From: Hyphomicrobiales bacterium
GTDB taxonomy: Bacteria > Pseudomonadota > Alphaproteobacteria > Rhizobiales > Methyloligellaceae
Length of the DNA: 64,000 nt
NCBI GenBank assembly: GCA_021775555.1
Contig: JAJFHP010000046.1
Location: forward strand, 10,639-74,638
Direction of reading: 5' to 3'
The position numbers and the translations under genes are program-made. Position 1 is the stretch's first letter. Every line of letters begins with the position of its first letter. Positions 55,769 to 64,000 of the stretch are shown in pieces. The notes beneath the pieces are model-generated. The model did not search any database. It was not told the origin of the DNA and worked only from the letters and a program-made list of their open reading frames with translations.

Positions 55769-57004
55769 CTAGCTTTTCCACCAGCGGCGAGGTTCGACAT
55801 TCTCCGCAAGTGTATCTTTGGGAATTTCGCGGGCGATGTCGGAGATGAACTTGTAGGTGTCCATCCCACCTGACCAGCCATTGATCCGCTCGCGCCATTT
55901 CTCCCACTCTTTAGGATGATGTTGGGGAGAACACATTTCCTCGGCTTCCTTCTTCGCCGCATCCGACATCCACGCAACGCGGGTGTTGTTCTTGGCGAAA
56001 ATCGTGTTTGGAAGTTGCGGATTTGAGAAGCCGCAGGTGTTCACGAGTGAGGCTTCATGCGCCGCCTGCACATGCACCTGTGCCAGATAGGCCGACTCCA
56101 TGATGTCGTCCTGAAGCTCGCCGCCAACCTTGTCGAACACATTCGAGTTCATCGCCGTGTGCTCGGTTCCGCAGAAAAATTCCAGGTTCACGACTTGGGA
56201 GACAACCGGCGACATGTTGGCGTAGGCAACAGCCGATGCCCATGTCTCGGCACCATCAATGAGGCCTTGCTTGAGACCGTCCAGCGTCTCCGACCAAGCA
56301 ATCGGTGTCGGGTTGAGCTTCATCAGGTTCATCGCGATGCGGCCCAGCTGCGTCCCGGTGACACGGTTCTTCGTGCCGGCAAGCTGGGACACGCTCGTCA
56401 CCAGTGGCTTGTCCTTCCATTTCAGGCCCAGCATGATTCCGCGCAGCTCGGCGTGGCTGAACAGGAATTCGACATTGTGGCGCTTGCGCATCTGGTCGCG
56501 CAGTACCTTCTGGCTGCCAGGATGATAGAGGAAGTGATACTGGGACGCCCTGCTCGGGAACATGTAAGCGTAATCGAGTACGTTCAGGTAAGGCGCACCG
56601 CCTGCCGAGTTCTGCGTCGATGCCGCATAGAAATCGACGATGCCCTGCTGAGTCTTCTTCACGCAGTTGAGCTGTCCGCAAATCTGGTTGTTGCCTATGA
56701 ACTCGATGCGGATAGCGCCGTCCGAACGCTCCTCCAGATCGTTGATGAACTGAAGCACGCCGGCGCGCTCGATCAACAGGTTTTTCTCGTTGAAGCCGGC
56801 AGCACCGAATTTCAACGAGTGCTTTGCCGGTGTCTTGTGGCGTTTCTCATAAGTCGAATTTGCCGCCTCCGCCAGCCGGGACAGCGAAACAGCTCCCGTC
56901 AGGCCACCCGCCGCCATGAGCGTCGAAGTAACCCCGAAATGTTTTGTAAGCCGCAAGAGATCCCGCCTGGAGATGCCTTTCAGCTTTTCCGATACCTTGA
57001 ACAT
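55769..57004 (-). CDS. dctP: TRAP-type substrate-binding protein with twin-arginine signal, unusually long (411 aa)
   Basis: SRRDLLRL Tat motif plus h-region and AEA. DctP-like body. Heads the dctPQM set. Confidence 0.75.
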   Translation of the reverse strand: MFKVSEKLKGISRRDLLRLTKHFGVTSTLMAAGGLTGAVSLSRLAEAANSTYEKRHKTPAKHSLKFGAAGFNEKNLLIERAGVLQFINDLEERSDGAIRIEFIGNNQICGQLNCVKKTQQGIVDFYAASTQNSAGGAPYLNVLDYAYMFPSRASQYHFLYHPGSQKVLRDQMRKRHNVEFLFSHAELRGIMLGLKWKDKPLVTSVSQLAGTKNRVTGTQLGRIAMNLMKLNPTPIAWSETLDGLKQGLIDGAETWASAVAYANMSPVVSQVVNLEFFCGTEHTAMNSNVFDKVGGELQDDIMESAYLAQVHVQAAHEASLVNTCGFSNPQLPNTIFAKNNTRVAWMSDAAKKEAEEMCSPQHHPKEWEKWRERINGWSGGMDTYKFISDIAREIPKDTLAENVEPRRWWKS

Positions 57005-57036
57005 TCATTCCTCCCTAGGTCAGTCCACCAACTCAG

Positions 57037-57056
57037 TTATATTCGTCACAATATAA
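57037..57056. promoter_or_regulatory. 7-N6-7 palindrome in the divergent dctP / GMC promoter region
   Basis: TTATATT-cgtcac-AATATAA, 33 bp upstream of the dctP ATG. Candidate operator. Confidence 0.3.
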
Positions 57057-57241
57057 ATCTCATTACTGAGACATTTATGTTTCATTATTGCGTCATTTAT
57101 ATCCGCGTGGCAAGATAAGAATTGTCATGGCTGACGTGTCGGGAAGGATGCAAATGGCTTCTAGCGAAGGTAAACATCTGATGCAAAATGCAAAAATGAG
57201 CAGATGCTTGCCGCTCGCACGGTTAAGAAAGAAGGTGTGAA

Positions 57242-58864
57242 GTGACACAATCTGTGGGGCAATATGACTTCATCATCGCGGGAGCCGGCTCTGCCGGATG
57301 CGTGCTCGCGAACCGGTTGAGCTCAAATGGCCGCTATCGGGTTCTCCTGCTGGAAGCGGGAGGAAGGGATGTCAGCCCATGGATTCATGTGCCGGTCGGG
57401 TATTTCAAAACCTTGCACAACCCGAAAACTGACTGGTGTTACAAGACCGAGCCTGACCCGGGCCTGAATGGCAGAAGCATTGACTGGCCGCGCGGCAAGA
57501 CCCTTGGCGGCTCCTCCTCCATTAACGGACTGCTCTACATACGTGGGCAACGCGAAGATTATGACCAGTGGCGCCAGATGGGTAATACCGGCTGGTCCTA
57601 TGATGATGTCCTTCCCTATTTCAGACGTTCGGAAAACCAGGAGCGTGGGGCGAACGACTATCACGGCAGAGATGGTCCGCTTCACGTCACAAACATGCGC
57701 GTGCACAGGGAGGTCTGCCAGGCGCTTATAGACGGGGCAGAAGAAATCGGCATCCCGCGCAATGACGATTTTAACGGCGCGACACAGGAAGGGGCCGGGT
57801 ATTTTCAACTCACCGCAAACAAGGGCCGGCGCTGTTCCACTTCTGTCGGTTACCTTAAACCCGCTCGCAGCCGGTCCAACCTGAAGATCGTGACACACGC
57901 GCATGTTGAACGCCTTCTGTTTGAAAACGAGTCAGGACGAGAGACCAAAGGAATATCTTTTTCAATCAAGGGGCGTCCGCACCACGCGATGCTGAACCCC
58001 GGCGGGGAAGTGCTTTTATCGGCGGGGGCCATTGGCTCTCCCCACCTTCTCCAGCTTTCGGGTATCGGACCTGGTGATGTCCTGGCCCCAGCCGGAATTC
58101 CTGTGCGTCACGCCCTCGAAGGGGTCGGCAGAAACCTGCAGGACCATCTTCAAATTCGTATGATCTACGAGGTCAATGTTCCTACCCTGAATGACGAGAT
58201 AAACAATTTTATCCGTCGCATGATGATCGGTGCGCGCTACGTGCTGACAAGAACCGGCGCCATGGCCATGGGCGCAAGCCAGGTTTGTATCTTTGCCAGA
58301 TCTCGCCCCGAACTGGAGGTGCCAGACATCCAGTTTCATTTTCAACCCTTGAGCGCCGACAAGCCCGGCATCGAGATGCACCCTTTCTCCGGAATTACCA
58401 TGTCGGTGTGCCAGCTGCGCCCGGAAAGCCGCGGCCGAATTGAGATCAGGTCACCCGACCCTCATGTCTATCCGGCGATCCATCCCAATTACCTCGCGAC
58501 AAGTCTCGATCAGCAAACGGCGGTTGCCGGGATGCGCATGTCGCGCGCACTGACCCAGACAAAGGCCCTGTCCCGATATATTGTCGAGGAAAGGGTGCCC
58601 GGTTCAAAGACATCCACCGATGCAGAAATGCTGGATATGGCCCGCAATATTTCCCAGACAATTTATCACCCGACCAGCACCTGCAAAATGGGGGGAGACA
58701 ACATGGCTGTGGTCGATCAACGTCTCCGGGTTCAGGGAATCGACAGGGTTCGCGTCGTCGATGCGTCGATCATGCCGACGATTGTCTCCGGCAATACCAA
58801 CGCACCAACGATCATGATTGCCGAAAAGGCGAGTGACATGATCCTGGAGGACGCAAAAATATAG
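57242..58864 (+). CDS. GMC-family flavin oxidoreductase (choline/alcohol dehydrogenase-like)
   Basis: YDFIIAGAGSAGCVLANRLS FAD fold, GKTLGGSSSINGL, C-terminal HPTSTCKMG and NTNAPTIMIAEKA. GTG start. Confidence 0.9.
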   Translation: MTQSVGQYDFIIAGAGSAGCVLANRLSSNGRYRVLLLEAGGRDVSPWIHVPVGYFKTLHNPKTDWCYKTEPDPGLNGRSIDWPRGKTLGGSSSINGLLYIRGQREDYDQWRQMGNTGWSYDDVLPYFRRSENQERGANDYHGRDGPLHVTNMRVHREVCQALIDGAEEIGIPRNDDFNGATQEGAGYFQLTANKGRRCSTSVGYLKPARSRSNLKIVTHAHVERLLFENESGRETKGISFSIKGRPHHAMLNPGGEVLLSAGAIGSPHLLQLSGIGPGDVLAPAGIPVRHALEGVGRNLQDHLQIRMIYEVNVPTLNDEINNFIRRMMIGARYVLTRTGAMAMGASQVCIFARSRPELEVPDIQFHFQPLSADKPGIEMHPFSGITMSVCQLRPESRGRIEIRSPDPHVYPAIHPNYLATSLDQQTAVAGMRMSRALTQTKALSRYIVEERVPGSKTSTDAEMLDMARNISQTIYHPTSTCKMGGDNMAVVDQRLRVQGIDRVRVVDASIMPTIVSGNTNAPTIMIAEKASDMILEDAKI

Positions 58865-58965
58865 CTATTTCACGCCGTGCATTTCCTTGATGAATTTTTT
58901 CATCTCGCTGATCTTCGCAAAATGCTGATGACATAGATGCGATTTACGATCACATCACCAGCGCC

Positions 58966-59091
58966 CTACTTTACATGGGCGATAGCGGCGATGGCCTTAA
59001 GGGCATTCGTATCATCTTCAGCAGCGCCAACCGAAAGTATACCGGCAACTGCCAGAGCCGCCACGAGAAGGGCGGTTATTACGTGTTTCAT
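58966..59091 (-). CDS. possible 41-aa secreted mini-protein
   Basis: MKHVITALLVAALAVAGILSVGA|AEDDTNALKAIAAIAHVK. AGGGA lies about 9 nt upstream of the ATG. No other support. Confidence 0.3.
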   Translation of the reverse strand: MKHVITALLVAALAVAGILSVGAAEDDTNALKAIAAIAHVK

Positions 59092-59404
59092 ATCATCTAT
59101 CCCTGTGGTGTGATTGCTCAAAGTCCATCTGATCAAACCCGCGCATGTCATTGCGCTTGGCGAGGTTCAAAATATTATCCAGAACGTACAAAAAGGTGGT
59201 GGATCGATCTCGCAATTACCCGGCAAACAGACTGCCAGAATCAATCAGTTCACCTACATTGCCATGTAAATCAACGTGATAATCTTGGATAAATTGCCGC
59301 ACCAGGGCGATACTTTTTCCAGAGGCTCATGACAGATCGCGCTCAACCTCTCGACCACTACCGACACGCTTACAGGCAGAGGGTCGGCACTCAGGAAAAG
59401 CGCC

Positions 59405-60313
59405 TCATTCGGCCTTCTTGAGAAACTCAGCGATCGTGTCGGCAGCGTCCTCGACGAAAAAATCCAGGAACATATGATCTGCATCCTCGATCATTTTCAG
59501 TTGCACTTTCTTACCATCAGCAATGGGCTTGATTCTTTTCGGCACGTCAGGAACGGCGGTATCCTTGGTACCTGCAATCACCAGCACCGGAACATTAATC
59601 TTGCCAATGTTGGCGATGGCATTCCGGCGCGCGTCCTCGCCATAGTAGGAGGAAATCGCGCGGGCCGTTGCCTTGCCCTTCTTGCAGTAAATAAAGCCTG
59701 GCACGTCGAGTAGAGTGTCGCCCTTGCCTTGTGCTTTTAGTGCGCTGGCTTTTTTGAGATGAGGCAAAATATCAGCCCCGTGCCGCCGCTTGAAAATAGC
59801 AGCGGCCACCCGCCCCGAGAGACCAAGCGCTGGCGCAAGCAGGACAACTTTTTCCATGCCGCCTTTTTCAGCTGCAAACCACGCCACCTGATTCCCGCCC
59901 CGGCTATGGCCGAGGACCGAGATATTTTTCACACCTCTTGTTTTAAGCCAGTCTGCCCATGCGGCGATTTCCACCACTGCATCCTCATGGGCATGCATGT
60001 GAGGCTTGGCGCAGTCATACATGCCTGTGCGGCGGTCCTGGCTGAAGGTGAGGGAATGCGCAAGTGAAGCAATCCCGCGTTCCGCCAGGAGAGCCTGCAG
60101 GGATTCAACAAGCTCCATGTCCTTGTGAGCCAGGGTGCCATGGGTGATCAGTACGGCACTGTCCTTGAGTGCCCCGTCCTCGGGGACCACCAGGTCTCCA
60201 AGCGCAATCATGCCGCCAATCTTGAGCTCAATCAGTGTTGTCTTTGCATTCGCCACGGTTGCGCAAACCAGACAGGCCGATAGAAAAAGCGCTTTCAACA
60301 TATGATGCAGCAT
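59405..60313 (-). CDS. secreted alpha/beta hydrolase (dienelactone-hydrolase-like)
   Basis: Signal peptide. Nucleophile elbow GHSRGG. Late Asp and His (DTAVP, DADHMF). Confidence 0.75.
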   Translation of the reverse strand: MLHHMLKALFLSACLVCATVANAKTTLIELKIGGMIALGDLVVPEDGALKDSAVLITHGTLAHKDMELVESLQALLAERGIASLAHSLTFSQDRRTGMYDCAKPHMHAHEDAVVEIAAWADWLKTRGVKNISVLGHSRGGNQVAWFAAEKGGMEKVVLLAPALGLSGRVAAAIFKRRHGADILPHLKKASALKAQGKGDTLLDVPGFIYCKKGKATARAISSYYGEDARRNAIANIGKINVPVLVIAGTKDTAVPDVPKRIKPIADGKKVQLKMIEDADHMFLDFFVEDAADTIAEFLKKAE

Positions 60314-60412
60314 GTCGGCCCCCTGCCAAGCGTTACGGTTGAGTTCATCTCAAATAAAATACATTCATTTGAGTGAATATAACATGCGGCACTTGATCTG
60401 GCGATATTGGCT

Positions 60413-61198
60413 TTAGTCGGGCTGAGGCTGTTTCCGCACGATCCTGCTTTCAGTTGCAAAGCCCCAGACGGGATCAAAGCGATGGACGTGATAGATCGGA
60501 CAGGTCTGTAAATCAGCTGGGTAGTCCCCCTTGCGCAGCGTCGTCGCGATGCACGGCACCACTGTCGCCGGGATCTGCCTGACAAGGCCTGTGGCAGATC
60601 GGTGAACGTGACCACAGAATACAGAAATAACCCGTCCTGATTGTTGCAAAGTGCTGGCCAGCTCCGACATCACTTCCCGGCTATCGAAGTGGAGCGGATC
60701 TGGACCGACCGAAACTTCAAATGGCGGATGGTGCGTAAAAACTGCTACTGGTTTGGCGGTCTCCGCGTCGATCAACTCAATTAAACGATTGATCCGCTCG
60801 CGGCAGAAATCTCCTTTGTTGCTGGATGGATTGAGCGTGTCCAATGCGATCAGGCGGACTGGAAAGTCGTCAATTGCATAGTCGATAAAGTCGGAATCGG
60901 GCGCAAAATATCTGCTTTCCGAAAACGCCTCGCGCAAATTCGCCCGGTTATCCTTGTTCCCAACCATCACATAGACGGGAGCCCGCGCCTTCGACAATAT
61001 GGCAACAGCTTCAGCATATTCATCAAGCCGTCCGTTATGAACGATATCGCCCGTATGAATGATGACATCGGGCGCTGGATCGAGCGCATTAATATCGGCG
61101 ATGGTTTGTGCAAAATCCCGCAAACGCCGGTCGGCATCGGGCGTATCCAGGGCAATATGGGTATCGGAGATTTGCGCTATGATCATTTGGGACGGCAC
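60413..61198 (-). CDS. calcineurin-like metallophosphoesterase (CpdA-like)
   Basis: ISDTHI, HTGDIVHNG, GNKDN, FTHHPP, GHVH motifs. Confidence 0.85.
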   Translation of the reverse strand: MPSQMIIAQISDTHIALDTPDADRRLRDFAQTIADINALDPAPDVIIHTGDIVHNGRLDEYAEAVAILSKARAPVYVMVGNKDNRANLREAFSESRYFAPDSDFIDYAIDDFPVRLIALDTLNPSSNKGDFCRERINRLIELIDAETAKPVAVFTHHPPFEVSVGPDPLHFDSREVMSELASTLQQSGRVISVFCGHVHRSATGLVRQIPATVVPCIATTLRKGDYPADLQTCPIYHVHRFDPVWGFATESRIVRKQPQPD

Positions 61199-61309
61199 CT
61201 ACCAGATTCGTTCAGACCTGAAAATGTGTAACACTGTCAATTGCCGGAAATGCAGCCACTCAATACACCATTCCAGAAACAAGTTTTGCCTTATCGCTGA
61301 CCAGCGAGA

Positions 61310-62587
61310 CTAAAATAATTCATCTGCAACAACAGCAATGACACATGCAGCGGCAGCAAGACTTGCAGCCTGCCACGATGATTTGACCGGTGCTTTCAGC
61401 CCAAAACCTGCACGCAGAAGATTCAGCCGCATCACCGGACCAAGAACGATAACCAGGGTCGCGGCGCCTGAGACCAGCAATATGAGCAGAAAGCGCGCAC
61501 CCACTGGCAAAGGTAGTGGGTCCAGATAATAGGCGGTGATGACGATGACCGGCTGGTGAACAATATAGACGGGAAGCACAGTACCGGCCGCAAACGAGAG
61601 TTGTGGACTGGGTCGCGTAACGAATCTCCCCGCCACGCCGATCAGAGATAAAATAAAGAACCATGCCGCGACAGCCGGAAGACCATATTCAACAACCCGC
61701 GCGCCGGGTGACAGTGTCGCAAACCAATCAGCAGCAACCTCAACCAGCAACTTGTGCGCCGTAAATAACAGGATCGATGCGGCGAGCGCCAGTGGCCATT
61801 GCACGCGCATCCGATCTCCTAAATTGCTGTACGTGGCCCAGGCAGCACCAACACCGAAGTAGATCGAATAGCGCACGACATTTGCCCAGTCGTTGATCAG
61901 TGTCTGGCTTCCGGGCCAGTGCGGCCGCAGGAACGACTCGCTTAAAAACAGTATCAGCGCCGGCAACAGCAACCACACGGTCTGGTGAACCGCTGGTCTG
62001 GGTTCTGCTTTTGCAATGCGCGCGAGAATTGGTGCGGTGAGTGAGGTAATGACCAGCAGATAGGCCAGGAACCAGAGGTGTGACCATGTGAAATATTTCA
62101 CCTTCGTGAAAAAGCGCGGCAGAAACTCAAGAAAGGAGTTCGTATATGGCTCCATAACGGGCACGGGATAGGTCTGCAGTGACCCATGAGCTTCCTGGAG
62201 GGACGCTGTTGCCTGCCACCCCTCGATACTCATTGAAACGCCGTTCCTGAGTTCAAGGTATTTTATGAGTGAGCCAAGAAACACCGTGCCGAAAAACAAC
62301 GGGAGCGCAATTCGACTGAGGCGTTCGATCATGAAGGCCCACACATCACGTGTGCGCAAGGACAGCACCGCCGCCCAACCTGCAAGCAGGAACAGCAATG
62401 GCATGCGCCACAGTCGCATCATGCCGGTAAACTCGTTCATACCGGGGATCAGATCCGGGCTCCAGATGTGGAATAACGGTCTCGGATCATAAACCTTGGC
62501 AACGTGGAACAGGATCAGCAGATAGATAGCTCCGACCCTAAGGGCATCCAGATCAGGATATCGCTTTGGTCCAGTCCTGTCCGTCAT
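61310..62587 (-). CDS. acyltransferase family 3 (OpgC/OafA-like) membrane protein
   Basis: YPDLDALRVGAIYLLILFHV N-terminal motif, about 10 TM. Start at MTDRTG. Confidence 0.8.
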   Translation of the reverse strand: MTDRTGPKRYPDLDALRVGAIYLLILFHVAKVYDPRPLFHIWSPDLIPGMNEFTGMMRLWRMPLLFLLAGWAAVLSLRTRDVWAFMIERLSRIALPLFFGTVFLGSLIKYLELRNGVSMSIEGWQATASLQEAHGSLQTYPVPVMEPYTNSFLEFLPRFFTKVKYFTWSHLWFLAYLLVITSLTAPILARIAKAEPRPAVHQTVWLLLPALILFLSESFLRPHWPGSQTLINDWANVVRYSIYFGVGAAWATYSNLGDRMRVQWPLALAASILLFTAHKLLVEVAADWFATLSPGARVVEYGLPAVAAWFFILSLIGVAGRFVTRPSPQLSFAAGTVLPVYIVHQPVIVITAYYLDPLPLPVGARFLLILLVSGAATLVIVLGPVMRLNLLRAGFGLKAPVKSSWQAASLAAAACVIAVVADELF

Positions 62588-62713
62588 CGGCCTGAGTATA
62601 AAAGACCCGTATTGCCAGAACCAGCAGAGGCGCTGCGGCAAAAACAACCGCGCAGGCGCATTTCAACAGCTGAAAATAGATCAAGCCAGGGAGACTGGGT
62701 CTTAGCCCGCCAG

Positions 62714-63883
62714 TTACAGGCTGGCGTAATACTCCTTGAGGATTGCCACCACTTCCGGCCGGCTGAACTCGGGCGGGATGTCCGCATCATTGGAGAGCAT
62801 CTCGCGCTGCTCGGTACCCGAGATCGAAATATGATGTTCCGGATCGTGAGGGCAGCTCTTGGCCGTCGCCATTCCATAGCACTTTCGGCAGTAAAAGGTG
62901 ATGTCGATTTTCAGAGCGCGGGTTTGAAGCGCGCCGTCCCATAATTCATCGAAAATGTGATGCGCATCGAAGGGGCCGTAATAGTCGCCGACACCAGCAT
63001 GATCGCGACCGACGATGAGGTGCGAGCAGCCGAAATTCTGCCGGATGAGCGCATGCAACAGCGCCTCGCGGGGGCCCGCATAGCGCATCTCAATGGGGTA
63101 ACCCGCTTGAATGACCGTTCCTGGCCGGAAATAATTGTCGATCATCGCCTGGATCGCCCTTGTGCGAACTTCCGCTGGAATATCGCCTTCCTTCAGCTTG
63201 CCGAGAACCTGATGAATGAACACGCCGTCTGTGACTTCCACCGCGATTTTCGCCAGATGCTCGTGGCTGCGGTGCATGGGGTTGCGCGTCTGGAAGGCCG
63301 CAACGCGTGACCATCCTTTTTCAAGGAACAGGGCGCGCGACTCTGCCGGACGAATGTAAAGGTCAGTGTATTTCGAAGGATACTCACCTTCACTCAGCAC
63401 CCTGACGCGTCCTGCGAGATTGACATCCCCTTGATCGAGAACCTTGGCGACACCGGGATGCTTTGGATCCTTGGTGCGATAAACGTGCTCGGCCTCAAAT
63501 TGCTTGTCGATTGAATATTTTTCATGAACATCCATGACGGCGAGAATTTCACTGGTCTCCGCGTCACAGAGTGCCACTTCCTCTTCTGCGCCGATGGAGT
63601 CGGCAAGGGCTTTGTCCACCGGGAGCGTGATCGGAATCGGCCAGAAAATGCCGTTCGCCAGTTTCATATCCAGACACGAGCCATGCCAGTCGTCATGACC
63701 CATAAACCCGTCAAGCGGCGTATAGGCCCCCATTGCCAGCATGAAGATGTCGGAGACCGCACGCGAGTCGAGAGGAATTTTCTTGAGAGTCGAAGCTCGC
63801 TTAGCCTCTTCGGCCCGCTCCGTCTCAGGCAGCAGTAATGGCTTGACCGTATCGGAACCATGCGGCGGTACGAGTTGTGACAT
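62714..63883 (-). CDS. sat: sulfate adenylyltransferase (ATP sulfurylase, homo-oligomeric type)
   Basis: [26 protein letters not shown]-terminus. 389 aa. Confidence 0.9.
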   Translation of the reverse strand: MSQLVPPHGSDTVKPLLLPETERAEEAKRASTLKKIPLDSRAVSDIFMLAMGAYTPLDGFMGHDDWHGSCLDMKLANGIFWPIPITLPVDKALADSIGAEEEVALCDAETSEILAVMDVHEKYSIDKQFEAEHVYRTKDPKHPGVAKVLDQGDVNLAGRVRVLSEGEYPSKYTDLYIRPAESRALFLEKGWSRVAAFQTRNPMHRSHEHLAKIAVEVTDGVFIHQVLGKLKEGDIPAEVRTRAIQAMIDNYFRPGTVIQAGYPIEMRYAGPREALLHALIRQNFGCSHLIVGRDHAGVGDYYGPFDAHHIFDELWDGALQTRALKIDITFYCRKCYGMATAKSCPHDPEHHISISGTEQREMLSNDADIPPEFSRPEVVAILKEYYASL

Positions 63884-64000
63884 TTCGATACTTTCCTTAA
63901 ATCAAGCGGTTTCCGACTGGATGACCTAAGTAGACTGCTCCGGCTGGCAGGATCCGGGCCCTGGCCGCGCAATCTGCGCTCACCTACGCGACCGTATGAC

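Noticed and set aside
56057-57118. 353-aa plus-strand ORF antisense to the TRAP substrate-binding gene.
   Set aside because: It fully overlaps dctP, which has a clear Tat signal and family pattern. The translation has no recognisable domain.
59093-59215. About 40-codon minus-strand ORF (TTG 59215 to TGA 59093) ending 1 nt before the mini-protein ATG, encoding ...VLDNILNLAKRNDMRGFDQMDFEQSHHRDR.
   Set aside because: It has only a TTG start and no RBS, and it is too short to evaluate. It may be a remnant of a decayed gene and is not called.
1-64000. Search by eye for CRISPR arrays, IS elements, integrases, rRNA genes and prophage genes.
   Set aside because: No regularly spaced direct repeats, transposase- or integrase-like ORFs or rRNA-like stretches were seen. 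The only tandem DNA repeats are the in-frame 69-bp units in protein B.

Overview
This is a GC-rich chromosomal segment of an alphaproteobacterium (hand-counted 60-nt samples give about 57-63% GC). Gene content and local synteny look Hyphomicrobiales/Rhizobiales-like, which is an inference. The supporting synteny is fabA-fabB next to irr, hemC-hemD-hemX/Mic60-hemY next to tsaD-gpsA, rsmB-heparinase-like-purH, a 1611-aa NAD-GDH and lemA-TPM-TPM. I can support about 60 protein genes and one tRNA-Thr(CGU). I saw no rRNA, CRISPR array, integrase or transposase.

Most of the window is housekeeping, interrupted by five accessory modules:
1. 4.4-10.3 kb: a tightly coupled seven-gene heme-copper-oxidase operon preceded by an FNR/FixK-type box. 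Its catalytic subunit lacks the cross-link Tyr (NO-reductase-like). It also carries an unusual cytochrome b + 2x[4Fe-4S] + MvhD-like fusion and a hemerythrin.
2. 20.5-22.9 kb: a 2.4-kb low-GC cassette of three membrane or membrane-anchored proteins of unknown function.
3. 42.9-46.3 kb: two paralogous secreted, extremely basic proteins built from 23-residue repeats, flanking an unknown TM protein with an AT-rich upstream spacer.
4. 46.4-49.2 kb: a sensor-less, orphan histidine kinase whose stop overlaps the start of a HerA/FtsK-type ATPase.
5. 50.3-58.9 kb: an IclR/TRAP/aminotransferase/dehydrogenase/GMC catabolic block.

The best candidates for something undescribed are the cyt b-FeS-MvhD fusion in module 1, the HK-HerA pair, the 23-residue-repeat proteins and the low-GC cassette. 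None can be assigned a function from sequence alone. All family calls rest on motifs read by eye and on remembered reference sequences, not on database searches.
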